From: a virus
Length of the DNA: 64,000 nucleotides
IMG/VR virus record: IMGVR_UViG_3300031251_000002
Span: 1-64,000 of that record
Strand: one strand, 5' to 3'
The notes under the pieces are model-generated. The model worked only from the letters and a program-made list of their open reading frames with translations. It was not told the DNA's origin and ran no database searches. Below, piece after piece: positions 51,001 through 61,950 of the stretch; positions within the stretch are counted from its first letter, which is position 1; every line of letters starts with the position of its first letter. The translations under genes were made by a program, and so were the position numbers.

Positions 51001-51606
51001 AGATGCGACAGGTTGACGGTTACAACACCAGCACTCGTTTTTGCCTCTGCGGAGATTCCTTTACGTGGGAAGGTCCGAGTTCTGAGTTGACGACATGGAT
51101 GGCCGTCCATGAGTCTCACGCAACCCCGGCTTTAGTCTGCCCAGCGTGTGGCGCGGCCTTGGACATCCGGTCTTGCAAAAAGGTTTGCACTAACCGGCCA
51201 AGTTGTGGATACTTTGAAAGCTGCAATGAATTCTGAGGTAACCAATGTCTTTTGACCCGCACACCAAGGTAATCGTGTCCGTTCAAGATGTCTTTGGACA
51301 GGCGTCCTGTGAAGACCATCCGATTAACTGTGTAACCGAAGCTGAGGTTGCGAACGCTGAAACCCTGTTCTCTGCTTTCCGGTGCCTCTGCACTGGATGG
51401 GGTCAGAACTGCGAGAGTTGGTGTGATACCGAGTCCTTCGCTGTCGCCAAGCTTCAGGATGGCCGCTTCTTGGTAGTCTGGGAAAACGCCGACTCTAGCG
51501 GCCATGGTTGCCAGTGTGATGGTGGGGCTGGCGTTTACTCGACGCTGAAGGATGCCGTCAGGCTTGGACTGGGCACGGATCAGCGCAAGCTTTTCGAGGA
51601 GCAGTC

Positions 51607-52245
51607 GTGCCTAGGATCGTAGCGATCAGCGATACGCACTGCCAGATGGGGAAGGTGAAACTCCCCGATGGGGACATCCTCATCCACGCGGGCGATCTGA
51701 CGAACCGTGGTTCAATTCGTGAGACTTCGATGGAGATGACGATCCTGAATCAGCTTGCGGACCGGTTCAAGCATGTCATCTACGTAGCAGGTAACCACGA
51801 CTGGCTTCCGTACATGGATCGTAACGTGGCTAGCTCCCTACTTGGTCGAGTCCAGTACCTTGAGGATTCGATGATCGAAGTCGAGGGGTTGAGGATCTAC
51901 GGTTCGCCTTGGACGCCGCTGTTCATGGACTGGGCCTTCATGCTGCCCCGGCAGGGAGAGGCGATCCGCGCCAAGTGGGACAAGATTCCTGATGGTGTAG
52001 ACGTTTTGGTAACACATGGGCCAGCGTACGGGATCCTTGATCAGAACCCGCAGGGGTTTGCGGTTGGCTGCGAGCAGTTGACCTCGGCTCTTTCAGTCAT
52101 GGCAGTTCCGCCCAAGCATCACATCTTTGGCCACATTCACGATTCGTATGGGACGCACGTAGGCGAGAAGACGAAGAGTTACAATGTCGCGGTTTGCAAC
52201 GAGCGATACCAGCCGTTGAACAAGCCGACTGTCATCGAGGTATAG
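51607..52245 (+). CDS. calcineurin-like metallophosphoesterase (MPPED-type)
   Basis: ISDTH, HAGD, AGNHD, THGP, FGHIH. Confidence 0.92.
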   Translation: MPRIVAISDTHCQMGKVKLPDGDILIHAGDLTNRGSIRETSMEMTILNQLADRFKHVIYVAGNHDWLPYMDRNVASSLLGRVQYLEDSMIEVEGLRIYGSPWTPLFMDWAFMLPRQGEAIRAKWDKIPDGVDVLVTHGPAYGILDQNPQGFAVGCEQLTSALSVMAVPPKHHIFGHIHDSYGTHVGEKTKSYNVAVCNERYQPLNKPTVIEV

Positions 52246-52500
52246 ATGCTGCCTGTCAACATCAACACTGAAGAAGCTTTCGATACTGTCGAGTTCAACG
52301 AAGAGTCCAAGCGGATATCAGGGAAGATCGTAGATGCAGCCAAATACTTCACGATGATTATCAACTCCAACCTCTACAATTGCGCTGAGAAGACGCTGAC
52401 AATCCGCAAGGTTCAGGAGGCAGTCTTCTGGGCCAATGCAACGATCAAGGCGAATCAGGTAAAGCGGAAAGAGAAGCACGTTCTGGTGGAGGAGAAGTGA
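52246..52500 (+). CDS. Acb2/Tad1-like hairpin protein (putative immune-signal sponge)
   Basis: C-terminal EKTLTIRKVQEAVFWANATI. Confidence 0.5.
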   Translation: MLPVNINTEEAFDTVEFNEESKRISGKIVDAAKYFTMIINSNLYNCAEKTLTIRKVQEAVFWANATIKANQVKRKEKHVLVEEK

Positions 52501-53125
52501 AGCTGTCAGCCAGCCATAAGAAGGTTCTACACCACTTGGCGCTTCGGTTCCCAGCAACAGTATCCCCGGCTTCGATAGGTGCAGAGGTTAACGGTGAGGG
52601 CGCGAAGTGGGCCGCTCCGATTTGCGCCAAGCTGAACGAGAAGAAACTGATCGACCGTAACGAACTCGGCCACTATAGGATTAACGACGATGGGATCGCA
52701 GCGTTACGGGAGACGATGGGTGATAAGGATTAGCCTTCTGACTTTGACATTGGCTGGTCTGTGGTTGTTGCAGAGAAGCAATGCACGGTGGGTATCGCGT
52801 GTTACTTCTGACTACGGTCCAGATACATGGGGCGTATGAAAGGAAGTATGAATACTGAAGAGTTTCTCAAGTTCATCGAGAACAAGCAGCAGACTGAGGA
52901 TTGCATTTACTCCAACTTCGACCATTGCTTTGACTCAACAATGGTGGAGCAGGTGGAGAAAGGCGCATACGCCCAGCATGCGGCGTACAACTTCTGTGGC
53001 TACGTCTGGAAGGACAACGAAGGTTGGCATGAGGCCCAGATGGTGTACGGCAGTGTTGTTCGTATCCTGCATGCCGCGACGGCAGAGGCGGTAATCAAAG
53101 AAGCGAATGAGTGCGGGGGCACGGA

Positions 53126-53449
53126 TTGAAAAAGATTCTGACAGTCTGTGAGGGGGGTAACGTTCGATCCGTTGGCTTGGCGTACGCGCTGAAGTCCAAC
53201 GGTCAGGACGCGGTAGCGGCTAGCTGGCGCTTCAACACCAAAGAGACACTGGCCATGCTGTACCGATGGGCTGACTTCATCGTGGTCATGCAGCCCGAGA
53301 TGATGGAGCATATTCCGAATCGCTATAAGCCCAAGCTCCGCTGCATAGACGTTGGTCCGGATCGCTTCGGGTCTGCCTTCCACCCGGAGTTGCAGGGGAT
53401 CTTTCAGGCGCACATGCTGGACTGGCAAGCCCGAGACTTTGAGCTATGA
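53126..53449 (+). CDS. low-molecular-weight phosphotyrosine phosphatase-like protein
   Basis: ILTVCEGGNVRS; WADFIVVM. Confidence 0.75.
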   Translation: MKKILTVCEGGNVRSVGLAYALKSNGQDAVAASWRFNTKETLAMLYRWADFIVVMQPEMMEHIPNRYKPKLRCIDVGPDRFGSAFHPELQGIFQAHMLDWQARDFEL

Positions 53450-53653
53450 CGAAATTTCAGGAAGCTGAGGCTCGCTGGAATCGTGTTACCGAGGAAGCTC
53501 TAGCGAAGCGGAAAGCAATGTTCTTGGCCGGGGTTTCTTTTGAGCTAGTTCAGGCCGAGTGGAAGCGAACCATCCCAGCGGAGTTGGATCTCTGGTTGTC
53601 GGCGTTGGCTGAAGAGAATCCATGGATGGCTCCCGCGCTGACTTGGAGGCCAG

Positions 53654-54484
53654 ATGACCCTGATTGAGATGCTGGAGCATCGGGCTGCAAGCTTCTATCA
53701 GGGCGTCCTAGAGGGCAAGGCTCTGGCCACCCACGCGGCCCCGTCCAATACTGCCCGTCAGGCCCTAGCCCTAAAGGCCCGTAATTTCCTTCGTACGGAC
53801 CCTTATGGGCGCAAGGCCAGCCCGTCCTACCACGCAGACATGGAGGCGCAGTTCAAGGCCCTCCAGACGGCCTTCAGAGCCAAATTACGGGGTCTGTACC
53901 GGAACTGGGAGAAGACTGGGAACATTGACGCCTTCAAAGCCCAGTCCGAGAAGGTTTTCAAGGACCACTACACCAAGGTCTTCCAGCTAGGCATGACCTC
54001 TGGCGACCTGAGCCGTCACACCAATCCCGGTGCCCGCCGAGTCCGAGCGGCGCTGGTGACGCCCGCTGATCGGGCTTGGATCGCCTCCGCCGCCAAGGAG
54101 GAACTCGGCTTCTGGAAGAAGTTCCTGTCGGATCTGCGGTTCGGTCGGGTCGGCGGGGATCCATTCAAGCGGATTGACATGTACGTGAAGTCCGCTGAGG
54201 CTCCGTATCACGCGGGCAAGGTTGTAGCTCTGCCCCACCAGACAGGCATTCGCTGGCGCTACAGCCCAATCGTGGAGAAGCACTGCGCGGGTTGCCTGTA
54301 CTTGGCCAGCCAAGGGCCGTACACGAAAGAGTCCCTTCCCTGCACCCCACGGGACGGGTCAACCCTCTGCCGATTCAACTGCAAATGCGAACTTGATTAC
54401 TTCGACATCACAGCCGAGGAGTATGTTAAGCTCTCCCGAAAGAGTAAGACATGGCTACTGAGCAGAGTCAAAAGTCGCAGGTAA
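53654..54484 (+). CDS. MuF-like head morphogenesis / minor head protein
   Basis: RIDMY...W......HC.GC.......PY....LP..P..G.T.C..NCKC.L. Confidence 0.65.
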   Translation: MTLIEMLEHRAASFYQGVLEGKALATHAAPSNTARQALALKARNFLRTDPYGRKASPSYHADMEAQFKALQTAFRAKLRGLYRNWEKTGNIDAFKAQSEKVFKDHYTKVFQLGMTSGDLSRHTNPGARRVRAALVTPADRAWIASAAKEELGFWKKFLSDLRFGRVGGDPFKRIDMYVKSAEAPYHAGKVVALPHQTGIRWRYSPIVEKHCAGCLYLASQGPYTKESLPCTPRDGSTLCRFNCKCELDYFDITAEEYVKLSRKSKTWLLSRVKSRR

Positions 54485-54864
54485 AGCATTGTAAGAAGCA
54501 CGGTCGCGTCTGGCACTATGCCGTTCGCTACTGGGCACAAGTAATCCGCCACCCCGGCGTGATTAAAAATCCCCTCTCGACCAGCGAGAATCCGATTCTT
54601 CGCCGCCGCAAGGTGCGCTTTGTCTGTAAGGCATGCCAGCGGGTGATGCATGCCCGACGGAAGAGGAAGAAGGCCAAGGCAGATAAGGCTTGGGCGCTTG
54701 CTAACCCGGATAAGGTGAAAGCCGCGCAGAGGAAATACTACCTGCGTAACAAAGAGCGTCGTCATGCAGCTTCGCGTCGTTGGCGGCAGCGTAAGGCAGC
54801 GGCGGATCCGGCGTGGGCAGCAGCTTCACTGGAACGCTTGAAGAGTTGGAAGAAGAAGGCATGA
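54451..54864 (+). CDS. basic Zn-binding protein resembling the N-terminal DNA-binding region of HNH proteins
   Basis: CKKHG...CKAC...NPDKVKAAQRKYYLRNKE. Confidence 0.5.
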   Translation: MATEQSQKSQVKHCKKHGRVWHYAVRYWAQVIRHPGVIKNPLSTSENPILRRRKVRFVCKACQRVMHARRKRKKAKADKAWALANPDKVKAAQRKYYLRNKERRHAASRRWRQRKAAADPAWAAASLERLKSWKKKA

Positions 54865-54976
54865 TCTTTTTGGTTTTACTGGCGATCATGGCTGTAGTTC
54901 TCTTCTTTACAGAAGCAGACGATGAACCTTGACACAGTAAACACCGGTCTCTAAAATCGCATCAATCTCGGGTACG

Positions 54977-55029
54977 GGGCGGGAAGTGGGGCTTAGTCCT
55001 TTCGACCACTTCCCGCCCTTTTCTTTTTC
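54977..55029 (+). terminator. intrinsic terminator
   Basis: 13-bp stem GGGCGGGAAGTGG/CCACTTCCCGCCC followed by a T-tract. Confidence 0.8.
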
Positions 55030-55244
55030 TCCTAAAAACATAAGCTGTCGTCTCTGTTAACCCCTTAGAAGTTGATTCTTCTACAGGTGGCGTAACTGTT
55101 CAAAATTGACTGGACGCGCTTAGTAGGCTTGATCGTCACATGGTTCCCCATCTTTCTGGCCATGTGGTATCTCGTTAGTCTCCCACCTGACTGAGAAATC
55201 AACCTATTTGCCGGTTTTCAAGCCTTCGCTGGGATTGTTCAAAC

Positions 55245-58200
55245 ATGAGTAGAGAGAACCTTCGCGGTGTCATCAGCGGTCTGCCGAAGACCCTCATTGA
55301 CACGCCTGTTACCCCAGACGCCCAACCCCTGATGGAAGTCAAACCATCTGACTTCAAGCCTTGCGCTCGCTGCAACGGTACGGGTAAGGTAGACGGCAAG
55401 CAGTGTGTTCTCTGTCAGGCCAAGGGGACGATGCTCCACCGGCCTGTTCCCGAGTCGAAGTCCATTCTCTCTGAGGTCTGTCAGGCATGCGGTGGTCACG
55501 GCGCACAGGGGCTGAAGACCTGTGTAATCTGTCAGGGCGAGCCATTCATGGTTAACTTCACGAACGAAGCTGTGGATCCTCTCTGCTCATGTCGGCATCC
55601 ATTTAGTAAGCATACGAGCCGTCCCGGTGATATCGCTGGTCACGCGGGCGCATGTACTAGCAATCCAACCATCCCACCGAAGCCCGGATTTGGGTGTCGC
55701 TGTCAATACTTTTCCTTGAAGCCGAACGAGCCTGATCCTTGGACTATCGAGAAACAGTTCCATGAAGCAGTTCTTCCTCATAAATATGATGTTAGCTGCC
55801 AGTGCGGTTGGTCGTGTGTTGGAAAGCACAGCGTTCTTAGTGATGCGACCGAGTGTGCCTATCATCATGAGGGATCAGGATCAGGCCACAACTGTGAGAT
55901 TGAAGATAAGGGCACGGGTCTGACCTTCAACTCTATGGGCAGCATCACTGATTACTACGAGTCCGCCGAACCTCCCGATACGCAGCCTGAGTTGACCTGT
56001 AAGAAGTGCGATAAGCGCTTTTCTCCCGATGACGCGGAGTGGAAAGCAGCCCAGCGCGGCGACCCCTTCGTTTGTGCCGAGTGCAAGGCCAAGAAGAAGA
56101 CGAACGAAGCTGTGAATGAGATGGCTGATGCTATCAAGGCCAAGATCAAGGCGCAGCTTCAGGGCAAATACCCTGATGATGTTCTCAAGAAGGCTTTAGC
56201 TAGGACAGAGCGCTGGCAAAAGGCCGCATACGGCAGCAAGGACTGGTCAAGTCATCAGGATGAGTCAGGCTACGACAACCTCGTTGGGACTGTAGAACTG
56301 TACGCTGATGAGATTACCAAAGAGCAGGCTGGCAAGACGGGTCCAACTGCTAACCAGAGCCAGTTTGGTATCTGGTCGCCTAACGTTAGAAACCGCAAGG
56401 GTGAAGCTGAGGGTACGAGCTACAAGGGCTTCTGGCTTGACCAAGACAGTTCAAATCCGCACACAGGCTATCCCGGTGGGATGTGGTACGCGCTGACCAA
56501 GAGTGGCGTACCTGTTACAGACGGTGCTCCGTCCATCGAAGCTCTCAAGAAAGAGATCGACAAGATTGTGGCTCATGGCGCGGATGCGAACCGTTGCCCG
56601 TGTTGCGAGACTGTCGAGAAAGTCCTGTACGGCGTGAAGAACGGCGACGAGGACTGGCAGGAGCAGCTTCTTCTCAGTGGTCCCAACGCGACAGACGCGA
56701 ACATCGAGAAGGTCAAACAGCTAGCGGCCAAGGACGGCTTTGGGAAGTTTCGCGTTGCTTCGATTGACCTGAGCAAGCCGCCCGACTTTACCAAGGCTCT
56801 GCGGAAGAACGAGGCTGATGACCATTGTCGTGTCCGTGGGACCGACGGTGAGACACGGATCTGCGGCGAGAGGAAGCCCTGTCCCCTTCACGACGACGAA
56901 GGCCGGAAGGGCGAAGCCAACTCCTATCGCCACCCCAAGACCGGCCAGTTCGACGCCAAGGAAGGCGACTGCTGGGCGTGTGAGGGATCAGGGACGAAGG
57001 AAGACGGACAGGGCCGCTGCGCGATGTGCGATGGTGGCAAGAAGCTCCCCAACCAAGGTAACAACCTGAAGCGAAACGAGGGGCGGGACTACTCAGCAAA
57101 GGTTACTGGCCCGAGCGCAGTTGCTTTGAAGCGTCTTGCGACAGAAGCCGCGAAGCACCAACTCACATCCGAGCAGCAGGGTGCGGTGAACATGGTTCAG
57201 CGGGATACAGTTTCTATCCTCGCACGGCCCAAGCTCGCTCTAGAGATTAAGATGGTGTTGGATTTCGCTATCCTGCATCAGCCATTGAAGCAGGGCGAAT
57301 CTGACGACCGTTGTGGTTACTGCGGTCACACGCCGGTTGCTCACGATCCGAAGATGAGTCTCGGTTCTGGCCTCTGCACGGGTGGCCTTGGCTGCGACTG
57401 CCGTCAGTTCCAAAAGGGCAGTGCGTGGGTCGAAGCGACCGGTACGGCCATGGTCGCGGGCGCGGAGCCACAGGCTGATGTGGCCTTCAAGGGCGACGAT
57501 CTAAAGGGCGATAGCGATTACGGAGACCGCGACGAGGATTGGTCGATTACCAACACGACCGATCTTCCGCGAAACGAGGGCACAGTGGACGATCTACCAG
57601 TTAACATCAAGCGCATGTGGAAGAACGATGAGTTCCATTGTCCAATCTGTGACCTGAGCATTGGCAAGAACCTGCTGGGTGACATACCTCACGCCCTAGC
57701 GGCTCAGCACCTGTCACAAGCCCACCCCGGCGACAAGGCGTCCATCCTAGCGGGCAACTTTGAGCCAAAGATGGGATCTGCGGCCTCGTACATCAAAATG
57801 GAAGCTGAGGACAAGAAGATCGTTTTCAAGTGTCAGGAGTGCGGCAAGAAGCTCCCCGGTACGGCCCGCAAATGCTCCAAGTGCGGCTCTGAGGACATTG
57901 ATCTAGCTGAAGCCTACATGGACAACACCAAATGCGAGACTTGTGACCACGCCTCACGGTTGCACAACGAAGGCGAAGGCCGCTGCTTTGCCGAAGTGAA
58001 CGATGAGGGCGGTGGGACTGATTGCCGATGCAAGAAGTTCGTTCGCGGTAAGAACGAGGCTGGAGACTACTGCCCGAAGTGCGACCACGCGATGAAGGAT
58101 CATTCGGCCAATGGTTGCGAAGTCTGTGCGGATCACGGGGAGAAGTGCAACGTAGTTGATGAGGCCAACACTTGGTTGATGGCCCGCTCCTCGTCCCAGC

Positions 58201-59807
58201 CGAAGCTGGCCGAGCCGACCTTTACCCACGCGGACGCTATCGAGGCGTGGCAGAACTTCCGCATGCCCGCTGATATTGAGCGCCGCAAGCAGCTACAGAA
58301 GTTCTGGCTCCAGCAGCATCAGGACTTCTCCGTGGGCGGTAGTCAGTTCAACGACCCGGATGCTGAGGCACATCGTTACTACTACAAGCTGTTACTTCAG
58401 ACGTTGGGCGTCAAGGTAGCTGAAGAGGTTACACGTTGGACTGAAACTACGTCCGGCTCGGTGCATAGACCCGGCATTGACACCTATACTGGTTATAGCG
58501 AAATGAACGAAGCCATGCAGTGCTTCTGCGGCCACTCCAAGACGGCGCATGAGGATGGCGTAGGCAAGTGTAGCAGCAGCGGGAACACCTCTGCGGGTGC
58601 GTGTCTCTGCAAGAGCTACAGGAATCGTCCTGTCAAGGAAGCCTTCCCCAACGACGGCCCCGGTGAGGACATGGGCACAGACATGCCTGAGATGGGCGAC
58701 GACGAGTGGACACGCAACGTGATTACTGGCGACGGCACCGGCTCGACAGTCGGCGTCGAGGATAAGAATGAGGCCGAAGAGCTTCGATGGAAGGCTGGAG
58801 ATATCGTGATAATTCGTTCGCATAACAGCGAACCGGGTCACGGTCTTTCCTATTCGGCTGCTGCCATCGTTGCTTTCGAGGATGGCGTTGCTGGCGGATG
58901 GGATGTGTACGATGGAGCGAGCTTGGATGCGCCGACTTTGGAAACGAGCTTCTACGGCTTCAGCGTACTCCGTGTAAGGCGGGGGACGGCGGGGAAGAAT
59001 GAGGCCGAAGAGGTTACTTCTCCTCTCAACACCTATCTCGCTGTTCACAGCAAGAAGGGCAAGATCCAACTCAAGGCTGCGACGACCTATCAAGCTCAGC
59101 AGCTAGCTGCCAAGCAGATGGGTGTCCCTAAGCCGTTTGAGATTTCGATCCACCTGATTGGCAAAGCAGACGGTACACCCGTTCCCGTCCATGTCGAAAG
59201 CACTAATACTACGCCCTATGTTAAGCCGTTACAGGCTTTCTCCTATCGCGTAGGTCAGAAGTACGACTCCGCATACAACTCAAAGCTGGCACAGGCAGTC
59301 GGTCGGATCGTGGTTCCGGCCAGCCATATCTTTGAACCTGATAGCGTGGCGGATGCGAACGACTGCGATCTCTACACGACGATGATCGCCTTGCGGCTGA
59401 AGGAGCTTGGTTACTTACTGCTAAGCCCACAGGACAAGGCGGAGTGGGAGACTCTTTCAACGAAATTCATGCAGGACGTTCAGGCATACGCTGGACACTA
59501 CGATAAGCATGAGTCAATCGCGCCAGACGATGGGACGCGCATCTCGTCTGACTGGGGCGACATCTGGGGCGACCCGACCAAGAGCGGGATTACTCCTCGC
59601 CATGAGACGGCTGAGGCGGTCCTCGCGTCGATCTCCCTGCTCCAGTCTGCTTTTGTAGAGGGTGTTGAGACACTAACCATGTGCCACAACTGCGGTCATG
59701 CGGAGCATTTCCACCTCCTTGGAGCAGCCCTTGGCGCACAAGGGTTTGCTGATAATTCAACAGCTTGTTACGTAGATGGCTGCACTTGCGGGATGTTTAC
59801 AGCATGA
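55245..59807 (+). CDS. 1520-aa multi-module Zn-finger protein, probable protease-processed internal head polyprotein
   Basis: About 20 short modules separated by xNE|A-type linkers. Confidence 0.8.
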   Translation: MSRENLRGVISGLPKTLIDTPVTPDAQPLMEVKPSDFKPCARCNGTGKVDGKQCVLCQAKGTMLHRPVPESKSILSEVCQACGGHGAQGLKTCVICQGEPFMVNFTNEAVDPLCSCRHPFSKHTSRPGDIAGHAGACTSNPTIPPKPGFGCRCQYFSLKPNEPDPWTIEKQFHEAVLPHKYDVSCQCGWSCVGKHSVLSDATECAYHHEGSGSGHNCEIEDKGTGLTFNSMGSITDYYESAEPPDTQPELTCKKCDKRFSPDDAEWKAAQRGDPFVCAECKAKKKTNEAVNEMADAIKAKIKAQLQGKYPDDVLKKALARTERWQKAAYGSKDWSSHQDESGYDNLVGTVELYADEITKEQAGKTGPTANQSQFGIWSPNVRNRKGEAEGTSYKGFWLDQDSSNPHTGYPGGMWYALTKSGVPVTDGAPSIEALKKEIDKIVAHGADANRCPCCETVEKVLYGVKNGDEDWQEQLLLSGPNATDANIEKVKQLAAKDGFGKFRVASIDLSKPPDFTKALRKNEADDHCRVRGTDGETRICGERKPCPLHDDEGRKGEANSYRHPKTGQFDAKEGDCWACEGSGTKEDGQGRCAMCDGGKKLPNQGNNLKRNEGRDYSAKVTGPSAVALKRLATEAAKHQLTSEQQGAVNMVQRDTVSILARPKLALEIKMVLDFAILHQPLKQGESDDRCGYCGHTPVAHDPKMSLGSGLCTGGLGCDCRQFQKGSAWVEATGTAMVAGAEPQADVAFKGDDLKGDSDYGDRDEDWSITNTTDLPRNEGTVDDLPVNIKRMWKNDEFHCPICDLSIGKNLLGDIPHALAAQHLSQAHPGDKASILAGNFEPKMGSAASYIKMEAEDKKIVFKCQECGKKLPGTARKCSKCGSEDIDLAEAYMDNTKCETCDHASRLHNEGEGRCFAEVNDEGGGTDCRCKKFVRGKNEAGDYCPKCDHAMKDHSANGCEVCADHGEKCNVVDEANTWLMARSSSQPKLAEPTFTHADAIEAWQNFRMPADIERRKQLQKFWLQQHQDFSVGGSQFNDPDAEAHRYYYKLLLQTLGVKVAEEVTRWTETTSGSVHRPGIDTYTGYSEMNEAMQCFCGHSKTAHEDGVGKCSSSGNTSAGACLCKSYRNRPVKEAFPNDGPGEDMGTDMPEMGDDEWTRNVITGDGTGSTVGVEDKNEAEELRWKAGDIVIIRSHNSEPGHGLSYSAAAIVAFEDGVAGGWDVYDGASLDAPTLETSFYGFSVLRVRRGTAGKNEAEEVTSPLNTYLAVHSKKGKIQLKAATTYQAQQLAAKQMGVPKPFEISIHLIGKADGTPVPVHVESTNTTPYVKPLQAFSYRVGQKYDSAYNSKLAQAVGRIVVPASHIFEPDSVADANDCDLYTTMIALRLKELGYLLLSPQDKAEWETLSTKFMQDVQAYAGHYDKHESIAPDDGTRISSDWGDIWGDPTKSGITPRHETAEAVLASISLLQSAFVEGVETLTMCHNCGHAEHFHLLGAALGAQGFADNSTACYVDGCTCGMFTA

Positions 59808-61930
59808 AGCTGGTGGAAGCATTTTTCGTAGGGACCAAGCCCGATGGATCCAAGGAAGTTTTCCAAGGCTCCCGGAACCCGACGACAGAAACGCATCCCC
59901 GGTTTAAGTCCATCGCTGGCCCGTTCAGCGAAGAAGAGGCTAAGAAAATGGCTGGCGACGAAAAGAAAGAAGCCCTCAAGCGAGAACTGATGGGAGAGCT
60001 TTCAGATGGTTACGTATCCTGTACCAAGTGTGGTGTGGTTCCCGAGAAAAGCTGTCCGCACAGTGCGCCCTTTAAGAGCGTGACAAAAAAGAACGAGTCC
60101 TCTGGCGTAGTGATCACCGCGCCCGGTGCTGGTGACACTCCTGAGACTCTCCTGAAGGCGATCCCGCGCACGATGGATGCTTCTGCGTTCATCAGCCACA
60201 TCGGTGATCTCGTCGTTGCTGGCAAGGGTGCTGCGCCGACTGACATGAAGTTGACTGGCGAGCCAATTACTCCGAGCGACGTTACCATGATGGCTCAGTG
60301 CAAGATTGGCGAAGCTGAGAATGTCTTTGACAAACATGCACTGAAGATTGCTAAAGACACCCTGAAGATTGCTAAAGACACCCTGAAGATGCATCCAGCG
60401 GTGGTAGGCGTCATGGGCGGCACCACGCACGAAGGTGCCCATCAGACTATCAAGCGCATCACTGGCAAAGACCAGTCCTGCACCCAAGACGGCTGTCCTT
60501 ACAAGCAGACCGGGAAGACCGAATCCCGCGAACTGCGCGAAGGCTCCAGCATCTGCAACTGTGGGGACTCTGAGAACGACCACTACAAGGATCCGCCGTC
60601 TTCTTGCAGCCGCTGTGCTTGCGACTCGTTTGAGTCCAACAGCCTCCCGGATAAGGCGAAGGCTCCTGCTGCAAAGGACAAACCAGTGGACAAGAAGGAA
60701 TCCCTCAAGCGCGAGCTTTTGGGTGAGGATAACTTTGTAACATGCGTTGGGTGCGGCAAAGAAACTCTGTCGCGTGACGCTGCTAATCTTAATGACCGTG
60801 GAAAGTGGGCGAGTCCGCCAGAGGGAAAGCCACATTGCCGGTCTTGCGATATGTATGGGCCACCTGACAATGGTGGTAAGTCGTCTCCCGGTGTCGCTGG
60901 TTATACGAGCCGGGAAGCCGGGTCGGGACCGGCTAAAAAGAATGAGTCGGATGCCTACGACCGCGATTTCACCTGCAAGATGTGCGGTAAGACTGACGAC
61001 GGCCCGGAGTTCGTAGTTGCTGGCAAGCACCCGGTTTGCAAGGCATGCAAAGAGAAGAAGGATCCAGACAAGCCGATTAAGCTGCGCGGGGAATCCACAA
61101 GTAACGATAAAAACTGCCAAGCGTGTGGTGCTTCCGGTGCGTCCCCAAGGGATAGAGGCAACGGTCGAGTTCTCAACCTCTGCTCAACCTGCACTTCTAA
61201 GAAGGCCGAAGGCGCGGTCTTTGCATCCAATGCTAGCCTACATAAGAAGTACCCCGGTCCTGCGGCTGACGCTCAGTCTGACAAAGCTCGAAAGTCCGTA
61301 CCGAACACAGTTTGCAATTTCTGCACTAACCCGGTGACGCCACCGGCAACCGTTTGTGACACTTGCTATGACAAGTTCAACAAGAAGAAGGAATCTAAGG
61401 AGAAACCTATGAAGACCAAGCCAGTTGGCGAGCAGTTTCATGCTCTGGCCAACGCTGCCATCAAGATGATGGTTAGCATTCAGGAGTCCCCGCGAGCGGG
61501 GCGGGTGACCCCGCTACTGGCGCGGTTGGACAAGGTAGCGAACAAGGCAGCGGATGCTGTCGCCGCGAAGATGATGGGGGAGAACCAAGGTTACGAGTTC
61601 CCCGCGCTCTTCAAGGAGTTGAAGGAGATCCACGCCAAGCTCAGGACCGCAATGGGCGAAGGCTGGCACATGTATCCGGCTCTCGGGCTGGGCAATGACT
61701 TCAACATGGGTGGCGATGGTCGCGAGATGTCGCCAGAGCTTTCTGGTGTTGATCCGGTCGAGGGCATGGTTGCTGCGGCAGTCCCGCTCGACGCTGGTGC
61801 CAACAAGATGGAGAACGTTAACAAGTACGTTGACAGTCTCCTGAAGGAAGACGATGACGAGAAGTGCGATACCTGTGGTGGTGTTGACAAGCACGACAGG
61901 AACAAGCACGACGCGGATTTCAAAGGCTAA
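59804..61930 (+). CDS. 708-aa multi-module Zn-finger protein with the same architecture
   Basis: Linkers KKE|A, KNE|S, RGE|S; repeated KKE(A/S)LKREL(M/L)GE; ATGA-coupled to the previous gene. Confidence 0.8.
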   Translation: MKLVEAFFVGTKPDGSKEVFQGSRNPTTETHPRFKSIAGPFSEEEAKKMAGDEKKEALKRELMGELSDGYVSCTKCGVVPEKSCPHSAPFKSVTKKNESSGVVITAPGAGDTPETLLKAIPRTMDASAFISHIGDLVVAGKGAAPTDMKLTGEPITPSDVTMMAQCKIGEAENVFDKHALKIAKDTLKIAKDTLKMHPAVVGVMGGTTHEGAHQTIKRITGKDQSCTQDGCPYKQTGKTESRELREGSSICNCGDSENDHYKDPPSSCSRCACDSFESNSLPDKAKAPAAKDKPVDKKESLKRELLGEDNFVTCVGCGKETLSRDAANLNDRGKWASPPEGKPHCRSCDMYGPPDNGGKSSPGVAGYTSREAGSGPAKKNESDAYDRDFTCKMCGKTDDGPEFVVAGKHPVCKACKEKKDPDKPIKLRGESTSNDKNCQACGASGASPRDRGNGRVLNLCSTCTSKKAEGAVFASNASLHKKYPGPAADAQSDKARKSVPNTVCNFCTNPVTPPATVCDTCYDKFNKKKESKEKPMKTKPVGEQFHALANAAIKMMVSIQESPRAGRVTPLLARLDKVANKAADAVAAKMMGENQGYEFPALFKELKEIHAKLRTAMGEGWHMYPALGLGNDFNMGGDGREMSPELSGVDPVEGMVAAAVPLDAGANKMENVNKYVDSLLKEDDDEKCDTCGGVDKHDRNKHDADFKG
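60341..60390 (+). repeat. 21-bp in-frame tandem duplication (LKIAKDT x2)
   Basis: CTGAAGATTGCTAAAGACACC twice plus a partial third copy. Confidence 0.9.
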
Positions 61931-61950
61931 GTTTTACAAGGAGGAGAATC

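Noticed and set aside
55245-61930. Multiheme cytochrome or DnaJ chaperone call for the giant Cys/His proteins
   Set aside because: There is no signal peptide, and the motifs are CxxCxH/CxCxH rather than CxxCH. CxxCxGxG repeats occur without a J domain.
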